Notes under the pieces: generated by a model
Databases searched by the model: none
Told to the model about the DNA's origin: nothing
The model's input: the letters and a program-made list of their open reading frames with translations, nothing else
Source: Opitutales bacterium
Lineage (GTDB): Bacteria > Verrucomicrobiota > Verrucomicrobiia > Opitutales > Seribacteraceae
Reading direction: 5' to 3'
DNA length: 64,000 nucleotides
NCBI GenBank assembly: GCA_028042835.1
Contig: JAOFOL010000008.1
Location: forward strand, 674 to 64,673
Translations under genes and position numbers: made by a program
Shown: piece after piece, positions 1 through 10,035 of the stretch
Position numbering within the stretch: position 1 is the stretch's first letter
Layout: each line of letters starts with the position of its first letter

Positions 1-309
1 AAGTTCAGTGGAAAAATTGATGTTCCTGACCTGATCCAAGGGCATGCATGGCATTTATATGTTATTCGCTTTACCCTCGATAGTGCAAGGGATGAAGCCT
101 ATCACTTCCTCAAAAACAGAGACATTATTAGCCAAGTCCACTACATACCTCTTTACAGGCATCCGTTTCATGCTTCGGCTTATAAAGTTGAGGATTTCCC
201 TGGCTCCGAATATTATTTTAATCGGTGCCTGAGCATACCTATGCATCCTGAGTTAACCCATGATGAACAGGATAAAATCATTTCATCACTAAGTGACTTT
301 ATTACCTAG
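1..309 (+). CDS. DegT/DnrJ/EryC1/StrS PLP aminotransferase, PseC-like (5'-truncated by window edge)
   Basis: Not in the ORF track. My frame +1 translation gives HAWHLYVIR...QVHYIPLYRHP...CLSIPMHPEL ending at TAG 307-309, the typical C-terminus of DegT-family sugar aminotransferases. Confidence 0.85.
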   Translation, partial: KFSGKIDVPDLIQGHAWHLYVIRFTLDSARDEAYHFLKNRDIISQVHYIPLYRHPFHASAYKVEDFPGSEYYFNRCLSIPMHPELTHDEQDKIISSLSDFIT

Positions 310-311
310 GT

Positions 312-956
312 ATGGATTTCAAGAAATTTACTGCCTCATCTACACCCAAGACCGTACCCGCGAAAGGAGAAATTCTTGGCTATAAGATATTAAAAGGTAT
401 GGATATTAACTTTCAGGGACATATGATTAAGCCTTTATTGAGTGATGATGCCCCTAAGCTCTATGCTTGGTACAAGCAAAAAGCATCTTCATTACTGCCT
501 GATCATCCGCTAAACGGAGTTGAGGAAAATGAGTTCCTTACTGCAATCAAAGAGACTCTGCTATCTTCAGAACCAAAATCTGTCCATTTGCGACTTGATC
601 ATACAGATACATTAATCGGAATTGCTGGTTTCACCGACATCAAATGGGATAATCTAAATGCTAAAACTTATTTTTTCCTGGATCCTGACAAGTCTGATAA
701 TCCAGCATTATTTGGGCGTTACTGCAGTATTATCCTGCATTTACTGATGAAATGTGCATTCACTACTTTAATGTTAGATAAAATAGCGGTCGAGACACCG
801 AGTTCCGAAATTATGCTTGTTCATACGATCGAAGCATCAGGATTTAAAAGAGAGGCTGAGTTCAAAGATTACGCTCAAATTAACGGTCGTACTATCAACA
901 TGATATACGCGTCTTGCACAAAAGAGGATTATTTTAGAGTCTTCCCCAATTTGTAG
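312..956 (+). CDS. GNAT (RimJ/RimL-type) N-acetyltransferase, probably nucleotide-sugar pathway
   Basis: IGIAGFTDIKW, AF-x2-L-x-L-x-KI and GFKRE motifs; starts 2 nt after the aminotransferase stop. Confidence 0.7.
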   Translation: MDFKKFTASSTPKTVPAKGEILGYKILKGMDINFQGHMIKPLLSDDAPKLYAWYKQKASSLLPDHPLNGVEENEFLTAIKETLLSSEPKSVHLRLDHTDTLIGIAGFTDIKWDNLNAKTYFFLDPDKSDNPALFGRYCSIILHLLMKCAFTTLMLDKIAVETPSSEIMLVHTIEASGFKREAEFKDYAQINGRTINMIYASCTKEDYFRVFPNL

Positions 957-1002
957 ATAAAAACTCTAAGTTCTTCTGAATTTAACCACTCACCTTTGTA
1001 TC

Positions 1003-1030
1003 TCGACAGAATCTTTAATCGTGCTAATTT
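1003..1030 (+). promoter_or_regulatory. candidate sigma70 promoter of parA
   Basis: TCGACA-N16-TAATTT with extended TGn; 8 nt before ATG 1039. Confidence 0.4.
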
Positions 1031-1038
1031 AACGACCC

Positions 1039-1821
1039 ATGCCAGCAGTTGTACTAGCCATTGCTAATCAAAAAGGAGGTGTCGGTAAGACAACAACAAC
1101 CGTTAACTTAGGTTCAGCTCTCAGTAATCAGGGTATCCCCACCCTCATTATCGATATGGACCCTCAGGCAAACGCGACCAGTTCACTGGGCCTTGATAAG
1201 AAACCAGGCAAAGGTGTTTATGAACCTTTATTATCAGGATCCGATCTATCCTCACGAGTTATTTCAACTGGCAGAAAAAACTTATGGATTGTACCATCTG
1301 AGCTAGATCTGGCTGCAGCGGAACTTGAACTCAGTTCGGAGTCGAATTATCTTACTAAACTCCGCTCATCCATCAACCGTTTGCGCAACGAATATGGATT
1401 GCGTTGCATTTTAATTGATTGCCCTCCAACCCTTGGTCTTTTGTCAATGAACTCACTTTGTGCAGCTGACCACCTACTGGTAACACTTCAGTCCGAGTAT
1501 CTTGCACTTGAGGGACTGGGGCAAATTGTCGGTGTAATCGACCAGCTGAAAACCGCTGGAGCTAATCCTCTTCTTTCCCTAGGTGGAATAGTTATGACAA
1601 TGTATGATAACCGCACGCGTCTTTCATACGAAGTTTGGCAGGAGGTTGCTAATCACTATCCAAAGCAGGCTTTCCGTACGGCAATCCCGCGAACAGTAAG
1701 ATTGAGCGAAGCACCAAGTTTCGGGAAAACAATATTCGAATATGACCCAGCGAGCTTGGGTGCAAAGGCTTATTCTGCGTTCACAAAGGAAGTAATTGCT
1801 CGCTTCCTTACTGAGTCTTAA
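1039..1821 (+). CDS. parA: ParA/Soj family ATPase
   Basis: ANQKGGVGKTTT deviant Walker A, DMDPQANAT, IDCPP, VRLSEAPSFG. Confidence 0.95.
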   Translation: MPAVVLAIANQKGGVGKTTTTVNLGSALSNQGIPTLIIDMDPQANATSSLGLDKKPGKGVYEPLLSGSDLSSRVISTGRKNLWIVPSELDLAAAELELSSESNYLTKLRSSINRLRNEYGLRCILIDCPPTLGLLSMNSLCAADHLLVTLQSEYLALEGLGQIVGVIDQLKTAGANPLLSLGGIVMTMYDNRTRLSYEVWQEVANHYPKQAFRTAIPRTVRLSEAPSFGKTIFEYDPASLGAKAYSAFTKEVIARFLTES

Positions 1822-1870
1822 TACCCGCCAAAGCTCTGCATATTGATTTAAGCCTGTTTCAACCAAACTA

Positions 1871-2596
1871 ATGAGTGATAAAGAGAATCTCTTACTTTTT
1901 CAGGAACAAATCGGGTACAGATTCGAAGACGAATCCTTACTGCTTCTTGCTTTAACCCATCCATCGTATCATGAGCACGATAGGACGAAATCGAATAATC
2001 AAAGACTCGAGTTTTTAGGCGACTCAATATTGAGCCTAATTCTAACTGATGAATTGTATCACAAGTTCCCCCATGCCGATGAAGGCGAACTTACTCAGCG
2101 TCGCTCCAGTCTAATAAGAGGTGAGTCATTAACCGGTCTAGCACGCCAAATAAAAATCGATAGTTTCATTCTCCTGAGCGTTTCCGACAGAAAAAACAAT
2201 GGTCACTTGAGGGATTCAACATTAGAGGATGCGATGGAGGCACTTATTGGTGCTATTTACCTTGATGGTGGCTTGGGTCCAGTGAGGGATTTGGTAATGA
2301 AATGGATAACTCAATTTGTCGGAAAAATTGAGGAGAACGAGATTACACATAATCCTAAAGGGCGATTACAGGAGTGGATTCAGGAAAATATGGCTGATGC
2401 TAAAATTAAATATCAAATAAGTAAGGAGAGTGGTCCCGCTCATAATAAACATTTTGAAGCAGAGATTTTAATTAAAGGTAAGGTTCATGGTTTTGGAGTA
2501 GGGAAAAGTAAAAAAGCTGCAGAAAACATTGCAGCCCTAAAGGCTTTTGAATTTTTGTGTAATGATAAGAGAGAACAACGCCCTGCTGGACCGTGA
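1871..2596 (+). CDS. rnc: ribonuclease III
   Basis: NQRLEFLGDS signature, EALIGAIYLDGG, C-terminal dsRBD (NPKGRLQE...SKKAAE). Confidence 0.97.
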   Translation: MSDKENLLLFQEQIGYRFEDESLLLLALTHPSYHEHDRTKSNNQRLEFLGDSILSLILTDELYHKFPHADEGELTQRRSSLIRGESLTGLARQIKIDSFILLSVSDRKNNGHLRDSTLEDAMEALIGAIYLDGGLGPVRDLVMKWITQFVGKIEENEITHNPKGRLQEWIQENMADAKIKYQISKESGPAHNKHFEAEILIKGKVHGFGVGKSKKAAENIAALKAFEFLCNDKREQRPAGP

Positions 2597-5500
2597 AAAG
2601 AATAGCTCTTCCTAAAAAAGCAAATGCTCTATTCTACCCTTCCCTTCCTGAGTCCGCTCATGCCTGTCTTACTGCAAATTCATGGCTCAACGGCTCAAAC
2701 CAAGTTCTACTGCTAATCTCTGACTCTATCACCAAATCCGAGTCATGGGGCGAGGATGTAGCTGGGATTGCTGAGGAACTTTTCCCTGGTCTGACAATAC
2801 ATTTTCATTTATTCGACGAGACACCAAACCCAACTCATCCAGATGCTTTTGAAAGAAATTGTGAGCGAGCAAGCACGCTTTCCTTGCTCACTGAATTTGC
2901 TGAGGGGAAATCAAGCAAACACAGATTAATCATAGCAAGTACACCTGAAGCACTTAGGTCGGCATGCCCGATCTTAGATAGTTCTACTGATAGTGAAATT
3001 AAAATCAATGCCGGGCAAGAAGTCGATTTTGCAAGAATCACCCAAATGCTTGCTGGAAAACTCGATTATTCATCCGAGATTCTATGTGAAGAGCCCGGTC
3101 AATTTTCAGTACGCGGGGGATTGATTGATGTCTATCCAATCAATGCAACCACTCCCTATCGAATCGATTTTTTTGGTGATGAGGTTGAAGAAATTAAAAC
3201 CTTCGACCCAACCAGCCAGCGTACGGATAAAAAAATTTCATCCATACGTATTTCATCCTGTAAGCAAGAAGGATCGGGTTTAATGGAAGGTGCGTTTTTT
3301 GATTATGTTATGAATTCTACAACTTGGGTATTTCAAGAACCGGAACTGATGTTTTCCCAATTCCCTCTTTGTTTTCATCAATCTGAAAAAGTAGCCATGA
3401 ATAAAGTTACTCTTTCTGGAATATGGTCTGAGGATCAGATAGTAAGAAATGAATATATAGGTTTCAGCGAAATAGATGCAGGCAGTGGTATATTTGAGCA
3501 TGCAATAAGAAAAGAACTGATTATTCATTCGTGGACTAAATCAGAGCGTTCAATTTCCACAAACCTTGAGCTTACTAAAACTCTTGAAAATGAAAAGGGG
3601 CAAAGAGTTAATCGTCTTTTTGAACTCCTGAAAATTCAGGATCAGCAAAACGGTGAAATCATAATTGCAGCTGGAGCTGAGACTGAGATAAAGCGAATTA
3701 AGGAAATAATAACAGAGGAATCTTCGCTGGAGCGGCTAAATCCAAGGTTCCTGCCCCTTGGATTGTCAGAAGGTTTTATGTGTACCGCCCCTTTTGCAGG
3801 CGAAAACTTCCAATCTTTTCTTATCGATAAAACAAGAGGTATTATACTTGCAACAAGTCGCGAAATCCTGGGGAGAGAAAGAAGTCGCCGACCAATGAGA
3901 TCGAGAAAAGCTCATGTTCAAAGGAAGGAAGTCGACCAAGCATTGGACTTTTCTGAACTCGTTCACGGTGACTATCTTGTTCATCATCAGCATGGAATTT
4001 GCCGATTTTGCCAGATGGGGAAAATTGAAGACGATTCGATCACCGAAGAAGCCATTACCTTAGAGTTTGATGATGGTATCATTCTTCACTTACCTCTACA
4101 GGAATCACATTTGTTGTCCCGATATGTTGGATTGAGAAAAGCAAAGCCAAAGCTAGCTAAATTAGGTGGCAAGGCATGGGCAAAAACTAAAAGTGAAGCT
4201 GAGCGAGCTGCTCTCGACCTTGCCGCTGATCTACTACGCCTGCAAGCTACTCGTCAGGCAAATCATGGATTTGCTTACTCTCCAGATGATCAGTGGCAAA
4301 AGGAATTTGAAGACGCATTCCCCTTCACAGAAACCCCTGATCAACAAAAAGCAATTGATCAGGTCAAGGTTGATATGGAGAGTGCTGAGCCAATGGATAG
4401 ACTAGTCTGCGGGGATGTAGGTTTTGGCAAAACCGAAGTAGCAATAAGAGCAGCCTTTAAAGCAGTCATGGACGGCAAGCAGGTAGCCATGCTTGCCCCT
4501 ACAACTATATTAAGCCAGCAGCACCTCAATCACTTCCGGGAGCGCATGTCGGATTTCCCGATAGCAATAGAAATGATGAGTCGATTCCGAACTCCTTCTC
4601 AGCAACGAAAGATTGCCCAAGCAACATCTGCTGGAAGCATAGATATCCTTATCGGCACGCATCGCTTACTTAGTAAAGATTTGGACTACAAGGACCTTGG
4701 CCTACTAATTATTGACGAAGAGCAAAGGTTTGGTGTTCAACACAAAGAAGCGATTAAAAAAATGCGATCGAGTATTGATGTGCTGACTTTAAGTGCCACT
4801 CCCATACCCCGCACCCTTTATTTCGCAATGGTAGGAGCAAGATCTCTTAGTGCTATCGAAACTGCTCCTGTCAATCGTCGGCCAATCCGAACAGATGTAG
4901 TTCAAAAGTCAGATGAATTATTAAAAAGAGCAATTGGTTTAGAGGTTCGTCGCGGAGGTCAAATTTTTTATCTTCATAACCGAGTTAAGACAATACACTC
5001 AGTTGCCAGTAATTTAGAGAAACTTTTCCCCAAACTCAGAATTGCTGTAGGTCATGGGCAAATGAATGAGGAAGAGCTTGAATTAGTGATGACCGAGTTT
5101 GTAGCTGGAGAATATGATATTTTGGTATGCACAACTATAATTGAATCTGGACTGGATATTCCTAATTGCAATACGATGATTATTGAAGGGGCAGACAAGT
5201 TTGGTCTCTCCCAACTCTATCAACTACGAGGCCGAGTCGGGCGATTTAAAAGACAGGCATATGCATACTTATTCGTTAACCAAACTATGGGTATCACGGA
5301 CAAAGCTCGAAAAAGACTGTCTTCAATCAAGCAGATTAATAGCTTTGGCGCAGGTTTTAGAATCGCACTTCGAGACCTCGAGTTACGGGGTGCTGGAAAC
5401 TTATTGGGCAGCGAGCAGAGTGGCCATGTCGCTGGAGTTGGATTTGAAATGTATTGTAAATTACTAAAAGAAAGCGTCTCACGGCTAAAAGGCGATGAAG

Positions 5501-5955
5501 TTAGTTTGCGACCGACCGCATCAGTCAGACTTGATTTCCTTATTAATGGAGAAAGCAGTGAAATAAAAAAGGCAGCGGGAGCATACCTACCTGATACTTA
5601 CATACTTGAACCACGCCTTCGCATAGAATTTTACCGAAAACTTTCATCAGTAACAACATCCGAAGATGCCGACCGACTTGAAGAAGAACTTAAAGATCGC
5701 TTTGGAGAACTCCCAGATGAAGTGAAGGCACTTATCCTTGAGTCAAGATTACGCTGCCTGACTGAGCAGGCCAACTTCGATCTTATTGAAACAAAAGAGA
5801 ATGAACTATTACTTAGACATGCAAGGAAAGGAAAAGCAGGTGAGCGGACATTTCACCGAATTGTAGGTCGATTACCTAAGCTTAAGCAGAAAAAACCACT
5901 TTTAAAGTTGAATGAAATTATAGAATTCCTCAAGATACTCATCCATGGGAACTAA
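2593..5955 (+). CDS. mfd: transcription-repair coupling factor
   Basis: PGQFSVRGGLID UvrB-like module, CarD-like RID, GDVGFGKTEVA, DEEQRFG, QLRGRVGR, TRCF C-terminus; GTG overlaps the rnc stop. Confidence 0.97.
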   Translation: MKRIALPKKANALFYPSLPESAHACLTANSWLNGSNQVLLLISDSITKSESWGEDVAGIAEELFPGLTIHFHLFDETPNPTHPDAFERNCERASTLSLLTEFAEGKSSKHRLIIASTPEALRSACPILDSSTDSEIKINAGQEVDFARITQMLAGKLDYSSEILCEEPGQFSVRGGLIDVYPINATTPYRIDFFGDEVEEIKTFDPTSQRTDKKISSIRISSCKQEGSGLMEGAFFDYVMNSTTWVFQEPELMFSQFPLCFHQSEKVAMNKVTLSGIWSEDQIVRNEYIGFSEIDAGSGIFEHAIRKELIIHSWTKSERSISTNLELTKTLENEKGQRVNRLFELLKIQDQQNGEIIIAAGAETEIKRIKEIITEESSLERLNPRFLPLGLSEGFMCTAPFAGENFQSFLIDKTRGIILATSREILGRERSRRPMRSRKAHVQRKEVDQALDFSELVHGDYLVHHQHGICRFCQMGKIEDDSITEEAITLEFDDGIILHLPLQESHLLSRYVGLRKAKPKLAKLGGKAWAKTKSEAERAALDLAADLLRLQATRQANHGFAYSPDDQWQKEFEDAFPFTETPDQQKAIDQVKVDMESAEPMDRLVCGDVGFGKTEVAIRAAFKAVMDGKQVAMLAPTTILSQQHLNHFRERMSDFPIAIEMMSRFRTPSQQRKIAQATSAGSIDILIGTHRLLSKDLDYKDLGLLIIDEEQRFGVQHKEAIKKMRSSIDVLTLSATPIPRTLYFAMVGARSLSAIETAPVNRRPIRTDVVQKSDELLKRAIGLEVRRGGQIFYLHNRVKTIHSVASNLEKLFPKLRIAVGHGQMNEEELELVMTEFVAGEYDILVCTTIIESGLDIPNCNTMIIEGADKFGLSQLYQLRGRVGRFKRQAYAYLFVNQTMGITDKARKRLSSIKQINSFGAGFRIALRDLELRGAGNLLGSEQSGHVAGVGFEMYCKLLKESVSRLKGDEVSLRPTASVRLDFLINGESSEIKKAAGAYLPDTYILEPRLRIEFYRKLSSVTTSEDADRLEEELKDRFGELPDEVKALILESRLRCLTEQANFDLIETKENELLLRHARKGKAGERTFHRIVGRLPKLKQKKPLLKLNEIIEFLKILIHGN

Positions 5956-6958
5956 TTTAAATTTTTACCGTGGAGTCTTGGCGGCCTCCTGTGTTTCACT
6001 ACTTTTTAATCATTGCCTTCAGGCAGAAGATAATTTGGTGGAAATCAATCGGGTTGCAGCCAAGGTTAATAACGAAATTGTTACCTGGGGTGAAATTGAT
6101 CGTGCGATGACATCGCTCAATTTCACCAGTTCTGAAAAAAAAGATCGGGCGTCGGAATTTGTGGATGGGAAAGTGGACCGCCTTCTTTCCATCTATGCAT
6201 TTAACGCAAAAGGAATGGCTATCCCTGATTCTTACATTGAACAGGAGTATAACAAAAGATTGATTCGTGAATTTAATGGGGATCGTCGATTATTTCGCGA
6301 TGTTCTCCGTAGTAAAGGCATGTCACAAATGGAATACCGTGACAGTATTCGTGAGGAGATTATTTACCAGCACATGATGGCAATCCGCAAACGCTTGAAG
6401 GAAGATGTGAGTCCAGATCGAGTAGAGGATTTTTACAAAAAAAACGAATATCGTTTTAGGACAGATCAAAAAATTCGTTTAAAGGAAATCGTATTTTCAC
6501 CTATAGCTGACGAACCTCTTTCAGTGCTTATGCAGCAGGCAAGAAAGGTTCGAGGCAACATCGCTGCTGGTGACAAATTTGAGGATGTGGCTATGAAGCA
6601 GGGTCAAAGTCCCTACCGAGAAAATGGTGGCGACTGGGGTGTTATGACATCCAGTCGAGAAATTCGCAGTATCGAAATCCGCGAGCAAGCATTTGAACTC
6701 AAAGAGGGAGATATATCTCAACCTTTTAAAGTAGAGTTACTCGAACGGAAGCAGGATGGAAGTGTTGGTAAATCTGGAAAAATCGCCGTTTATATTTTAA
6801 AGGCTGAAAAGGTGGAGAACTCTGGTATTCGTCCTCTTAACGAAGTTCGAGATGAAATCGAATCCCTGATTGCACAGGAAATTGAGGCTGATGCACAGCG
6901 TAAATGGCTAACCAATGTAAAAGCCGATGCGTATGTGCGTATCAATCTACCCAAGTAG
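5945..6958 (+). CDS. SurA/PrsA-like parvulin peptidyl-prolyl isomerase
   Basis: Signal peptide, VAAKVNNEIVT SurA N-domain, FEDVA...ENGGDWG rotamase motif. Confidence 0.85.
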   Translation: MGTNLNFYRGVLAASCVSLLFNHCLQAEDNLVEINRVAAKVNNEIVTWGEIDRAMTSLNFTSSEKKDRASEFVDGKVDRLLSIYAFNAKGMAIPDSYIEQEYNKRLIREFNGDRRLFRDVLRSKGMSQMEYRDSIREEIIYQHMMAIRKRLKEDVSPDRVEDFYKKNEYRFRTDQKIRLKEIVFSPIADEPLSVLMQQARKVRGNIAAGDKFEDVAMKQGQSPYRENGGDWGVMTSSREIRSIEIREQAFELKEGDISQPFKVELLERKQDGSVGKSGKIAVYILKAEKVENSGIRPLNEVRDEIESLIAQEIEADAQRKWLTNVKADAYVRINLPK

Positions 6959-6982
6959 CTTTAGTGCCAAGCTTCGGGTTCG

Positions 6983-7702
6983 ATGAATTCTGATCGTTCC
7001 CACCCTGCCAAGCTTAAGGATCTGCCCGAGGAAGATCGTCCGCAAGAACGGCTAGAGAGACTTGGATCTGCCGCCCTATCCGACCGTGAACTACTCGCAA
7101 TGGTTATTCGTTCAGGGACTGCAAAAAAAGATGTTCTTGCCCTAGCTGATGAATTATTGAAAAAAGCGGGCTCACTCTCCGGTTTATTACGATGGGATAC
7201 AACTGACTTTCAGCAAATATCCGGTATTGGTAAAATAAAAGCCCTTCAGTTGAGCACGCAAATCGAAATTGCCAAACGAATGATACGCGGCGAACGGAAT
7301 CTGGAAGTTATTCTGGATGAGCCTCAGAAGGTGTGGGAATATCTATATCCTGAAGTACGCTCAGATAGTGTGGAACGGGTATGGGTGTTATGTCTCGATC
7401 GTAAAAATAAATTAATCCGAGCCGAATCCGTTACCTCGGGGACAGCTACCGGGAGTTTGGTGCACCCCAGAGAAGTTTTTCGCCCAGCAATTCGCCACGG
7501 GGCAACCGCCATAATCCTGGCTCACAATCACCCGAGTGGTGATCCCACTCCAAGCTCTGCGGATTTACGGGTAACCAAAAAAATATTAGAAGCCTCCAGA
7601 ACTGTGGATTTGGAAATGCACGACCATGTAATTCTGGGGGAACCGGAACACTGCCCACAAGGAATGGGGTATTACAGTTTTTCTGACTCTGGTCAAATTT
7701 AA
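6983..7702 (+). CDS. radC: RadC/JAB-domain protein (UPF0758)
   Basis: RPQERL..LSDRELLA, HhH GIGKIKA, VHPREVF, HNHPSGDPTPS, DHVILG. Confidence 0.95.
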   Translation: MNSDRSHPAKLKDLPEEDRPQERLERLGSAALSDRELLAMVIRSGTAKKDVLALADELLKKAGSLSGLLRWDTTDFQQISGIGKIKALQLSTQIEIAKRMIRGERNLEVILDEPQKVWEYLYPEVRSDSVERVWVLCLDRKNKLIRAESVTSGTATGSLVHPREVFRPAIRHGATAIILAHNHPSGDPTPSSADLRVTKKILEASRTVDLEMHDHVILGEPEHCPQGMGYYSFSDSGQI

Positions 7703-7785
7703 GACTAGCCTTGGTAGTTTTAGAGGACAAGCAGTCAGTTTTGAGTAGGAATCCTAAGTTTAGTACAGTTAGGAACTGTGTCTAA

Positions 7786-9960
7786 TTATTGCACAAATGA
7801 CAGAATCCGAACACTCCAACGACTAACTGAAAAGCTTAGTCCATAGGGCTGGCCATTTCTAGCCTCACTGAAGGTGTAAAAGCATGTTCCGCCAGCTGAA
7901 CCACCCCCATTGTAATCAGGAGAATCGGAATCCATAACAACTCGCCACTCCCCTCCGTGGGGACAACCCCAGTCGCGATGTTTTAATTCATCTGAGAAAT
8001 TACAAGCTACAAGCAAAGTGTCTTCCGCTAAATCACCAAATTTAAGAAATGATAAGGTTTGCCCTTGGCGATCATCGCAATCAACCCATTGAAATTTCTC
8101 AGAAGTGTGATCATATTTCGCCCAGGTTTTATGGTTACTGTAAAGTTTGTTCAAATCGCTTACTAATTTACGAACCCCGTTATGCTGCGGAAAATCAAGC
8201 AAGTTCCAATCAAGGGCTGAATCAACATCCCATTCCTTCCATTGGGCGAACTCGCATCCCATGAAAAGCGTCTTTTTACCAGGCCATGTCCACTGAAGTG
8301 CGAGGAGGGACTTTAAATTCGAAATCCTATCCCCTTCATTTTTTATATTTATTTTATTCACTAGTGAACCTTTTCCATGAACGACCTCATCATGTGAAAA
8401 AGCTTGAACGAAATTTTCCGTAAACTGATACATCGCCCCGAAAGTGAGATGATCATGGGAAGATGAACGATCCTTCGGTGCAGTAGAGAAGTAATCGATC
8501 ACATCATGCATCCATCCCATATTCCATTTAAAATCGAAACCTAATCCACCGACATCAGGAGGCAGAGTAATTTTTGGGAAAGAAGTAGATTCCTCAGCAA
8601 TACTTATTACATTCGGATACTCCTCATGAATCGACTGGTTGAATTGCTTAAGGAAATCAATCGCTTCATAATTATAATTGCCGCCATTTTTATTAGGAAT
8701 CCATTGCCCGTCTTGCCGTCCGTAATCAAGGTACAGCATGGAGGCAACTGCATCTACCCGAAAGCCATCAACTCCAAATCGATCGAGCCAAGAAATAGCG
8801 CTACCAATTAAAAAGCTCCGCACTTCAGGTCGTCCATAATTATAACACAAGGTGCCCCACTCCTCATGTGCACCCTGTCGTGGATCTTGGTGCTCAAAAA
8901 GACAGGTACCATCGAATCTAGAAAGGGCAAATTCATCAGATGGGAAATGTGCGGGAACCCAATCCATGATGACCCCAATTCCAGCATCCTGGACAGCTTC
9001 CACAAGTTGTGTAAATTCTGCCGGGGAACCATATCGGCAAGTAGGGGAATAATAGCCAGTCACTTGATATCCCCATGACGCACCATACGGGTATTCGCTA
9101 AGGGGAAGGAATTCAACATGAGAGAAACCATTTTCCACCAAATACCGAGGTAATTCCTCAGCCAATTCGACATAAGATAATGGACGGTTTTCTACCGCAT
9201 GAAATTTCCACGACCCAACATGCATTTCATACACAGATAGAGGCTTTGAGTGGGGACACGCGCTTTGATCGCTAACAACATGCTTCCCTACATCCCGGGT
9301 TGAAATAATCGATGCATTTCCAGTAGGAGGTTCAAATAGCCAACCGAAAGGGTCTGCCTTTTCTCTAATCATTCCATCTGCACCGTGAATTCGAAATTTG
9401 TATTTATCTCCTTCTTTAGCAAAAGGAACGAAAAGCTCCCTGCATCCTGAAAAACCAAGAGAACGCATAGGCAAAGAGTTTGCGTTCCAATGATTAAAGT
9501 CCCCAATGAGGTGAACGCTCTTGGCTGAAGGTGCCCACACCACGAAAGATACTCCTTTAATATTTTGATGAACGCACGGAATAGCTCCAAGCTTAGTAAA
9601 AGGTCGACGATCATGACCCTCCGTAAATGCAACTAAGTCACTTGAGTCAACAGAGGTTGAAAAGGAATAGGGATCGATTATTTCATTCTCTACTTTACCA
9701 AATATAGCTTTAATTGAATACTTAAACGGTTCATTGATCTGTGGTAGATGTAGTTCAAAGAAACCTCTCTGATCTAACATTTCCATTCTGTATTTCATGG
9801 ATTGATCAAAGCTGATTACAAAAACATCAGTAGCCTCAGGCAACCATGCCCGAACTACACAACCTGGGTAATCCTTAAGTGGATGCATGCCAAGAAATTG
9901 GTGTGGGTCGCCAAGTGAGCCACTTATACACATTTCCATTTCTTCGGAACGAATGATCAT
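7786..9960 (-). CDS. glgB: 1,4-alpha-glucan branching enzyme (GH13_9)
   Basis: DPHQFLGMH, WAPSA, SWGYQ, DWVPAHF, RVDAVASMLY, AEES, SHDEVVHGK. Confidence 0.97.
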   Translation of the reverse strand: MIIRSEEMEMCISGSLGDPHQFLGMHPLKDYPGCVVRAWLPEATDVFVISFDQSMKYRMEMLDQRGFFELHLPQINEPFKYSIKAIFGKVENEIIDPYSFSTSVDSSDLVAFTEGHDRRPFTKLGAIPCVHQNIKGVSFVVWAPSAKSVHLIGDFNHWNANSLPMRSLGFSGCRELFVPFAKEGDKYKFRIHGADGMIREKADPFGWLFEPPTGNASIISTRDVGKHVVSDQSACPHSKPLSVYEMHVGSWKFHAVENRPLSYVELAEELPRYLVENGFSHVEFLPLSEYPYGASWGYQVTGYYSPTCRYGSPAEFTQLVEAVQDAGIGVIMDWVPAHFPSDEFALSRFDGTCLFEHQDPRQGAHEEWGTLCYNYGRPEVRSFLIGSAISWLDRFGVDGFRVDAVASMLYLDYGRQDGQWIPNKNGGNYNYEAIDFLKQFNQSIHEEYPNVISIAEESTSFPKITLPPDVGGLGFDFKWNMGWMHDVIDYFSTAPKDRSSSHDHLTFGAMYQFTENFVQAFSHDEVVHGKGSLVNKINIKNEGDRISNLKSLLALQWTWPGKKTLFMGCEFAQWKEWDVDSALDWNLLDFPQHNGVRKLVSDLNKLYSNHKTWAKYDHTSEKFQWVDCDDRQGQTLSFLKFGDLAEDTLLVACNFSDELKHRDWGCPHGGEWRVVMDSDSPDYNGGGSAGGTCFYTFSEARNGQPYGLSFSVSRWSVRILSFVQ

Positions 9961-10035
9961 AAAGAAAAAACAATTATCTTTGATAAATGAATTTGCGAGC
10001 TTTGTTATTTAGAAATAATTTCGTATTTCTTTCTT

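Noticed and set aside
44-246. ORFs 44..232 (+) and 55..246 (-)
   Set aside because: They are shadows of the frame +1 DegT aminotransferase C-terminus.
6983-7702. radC as a marker of a mobile element
   Set aside because: It is the full-length chromosomal type in a housekeeping context, with no integrase or att repeats.
7717-7725. GTTTTAGAG, the start of a type II CRISPR repeat
   Set aside because: Single 9-mer with no repeat-spacer periodicity and no cas genes.
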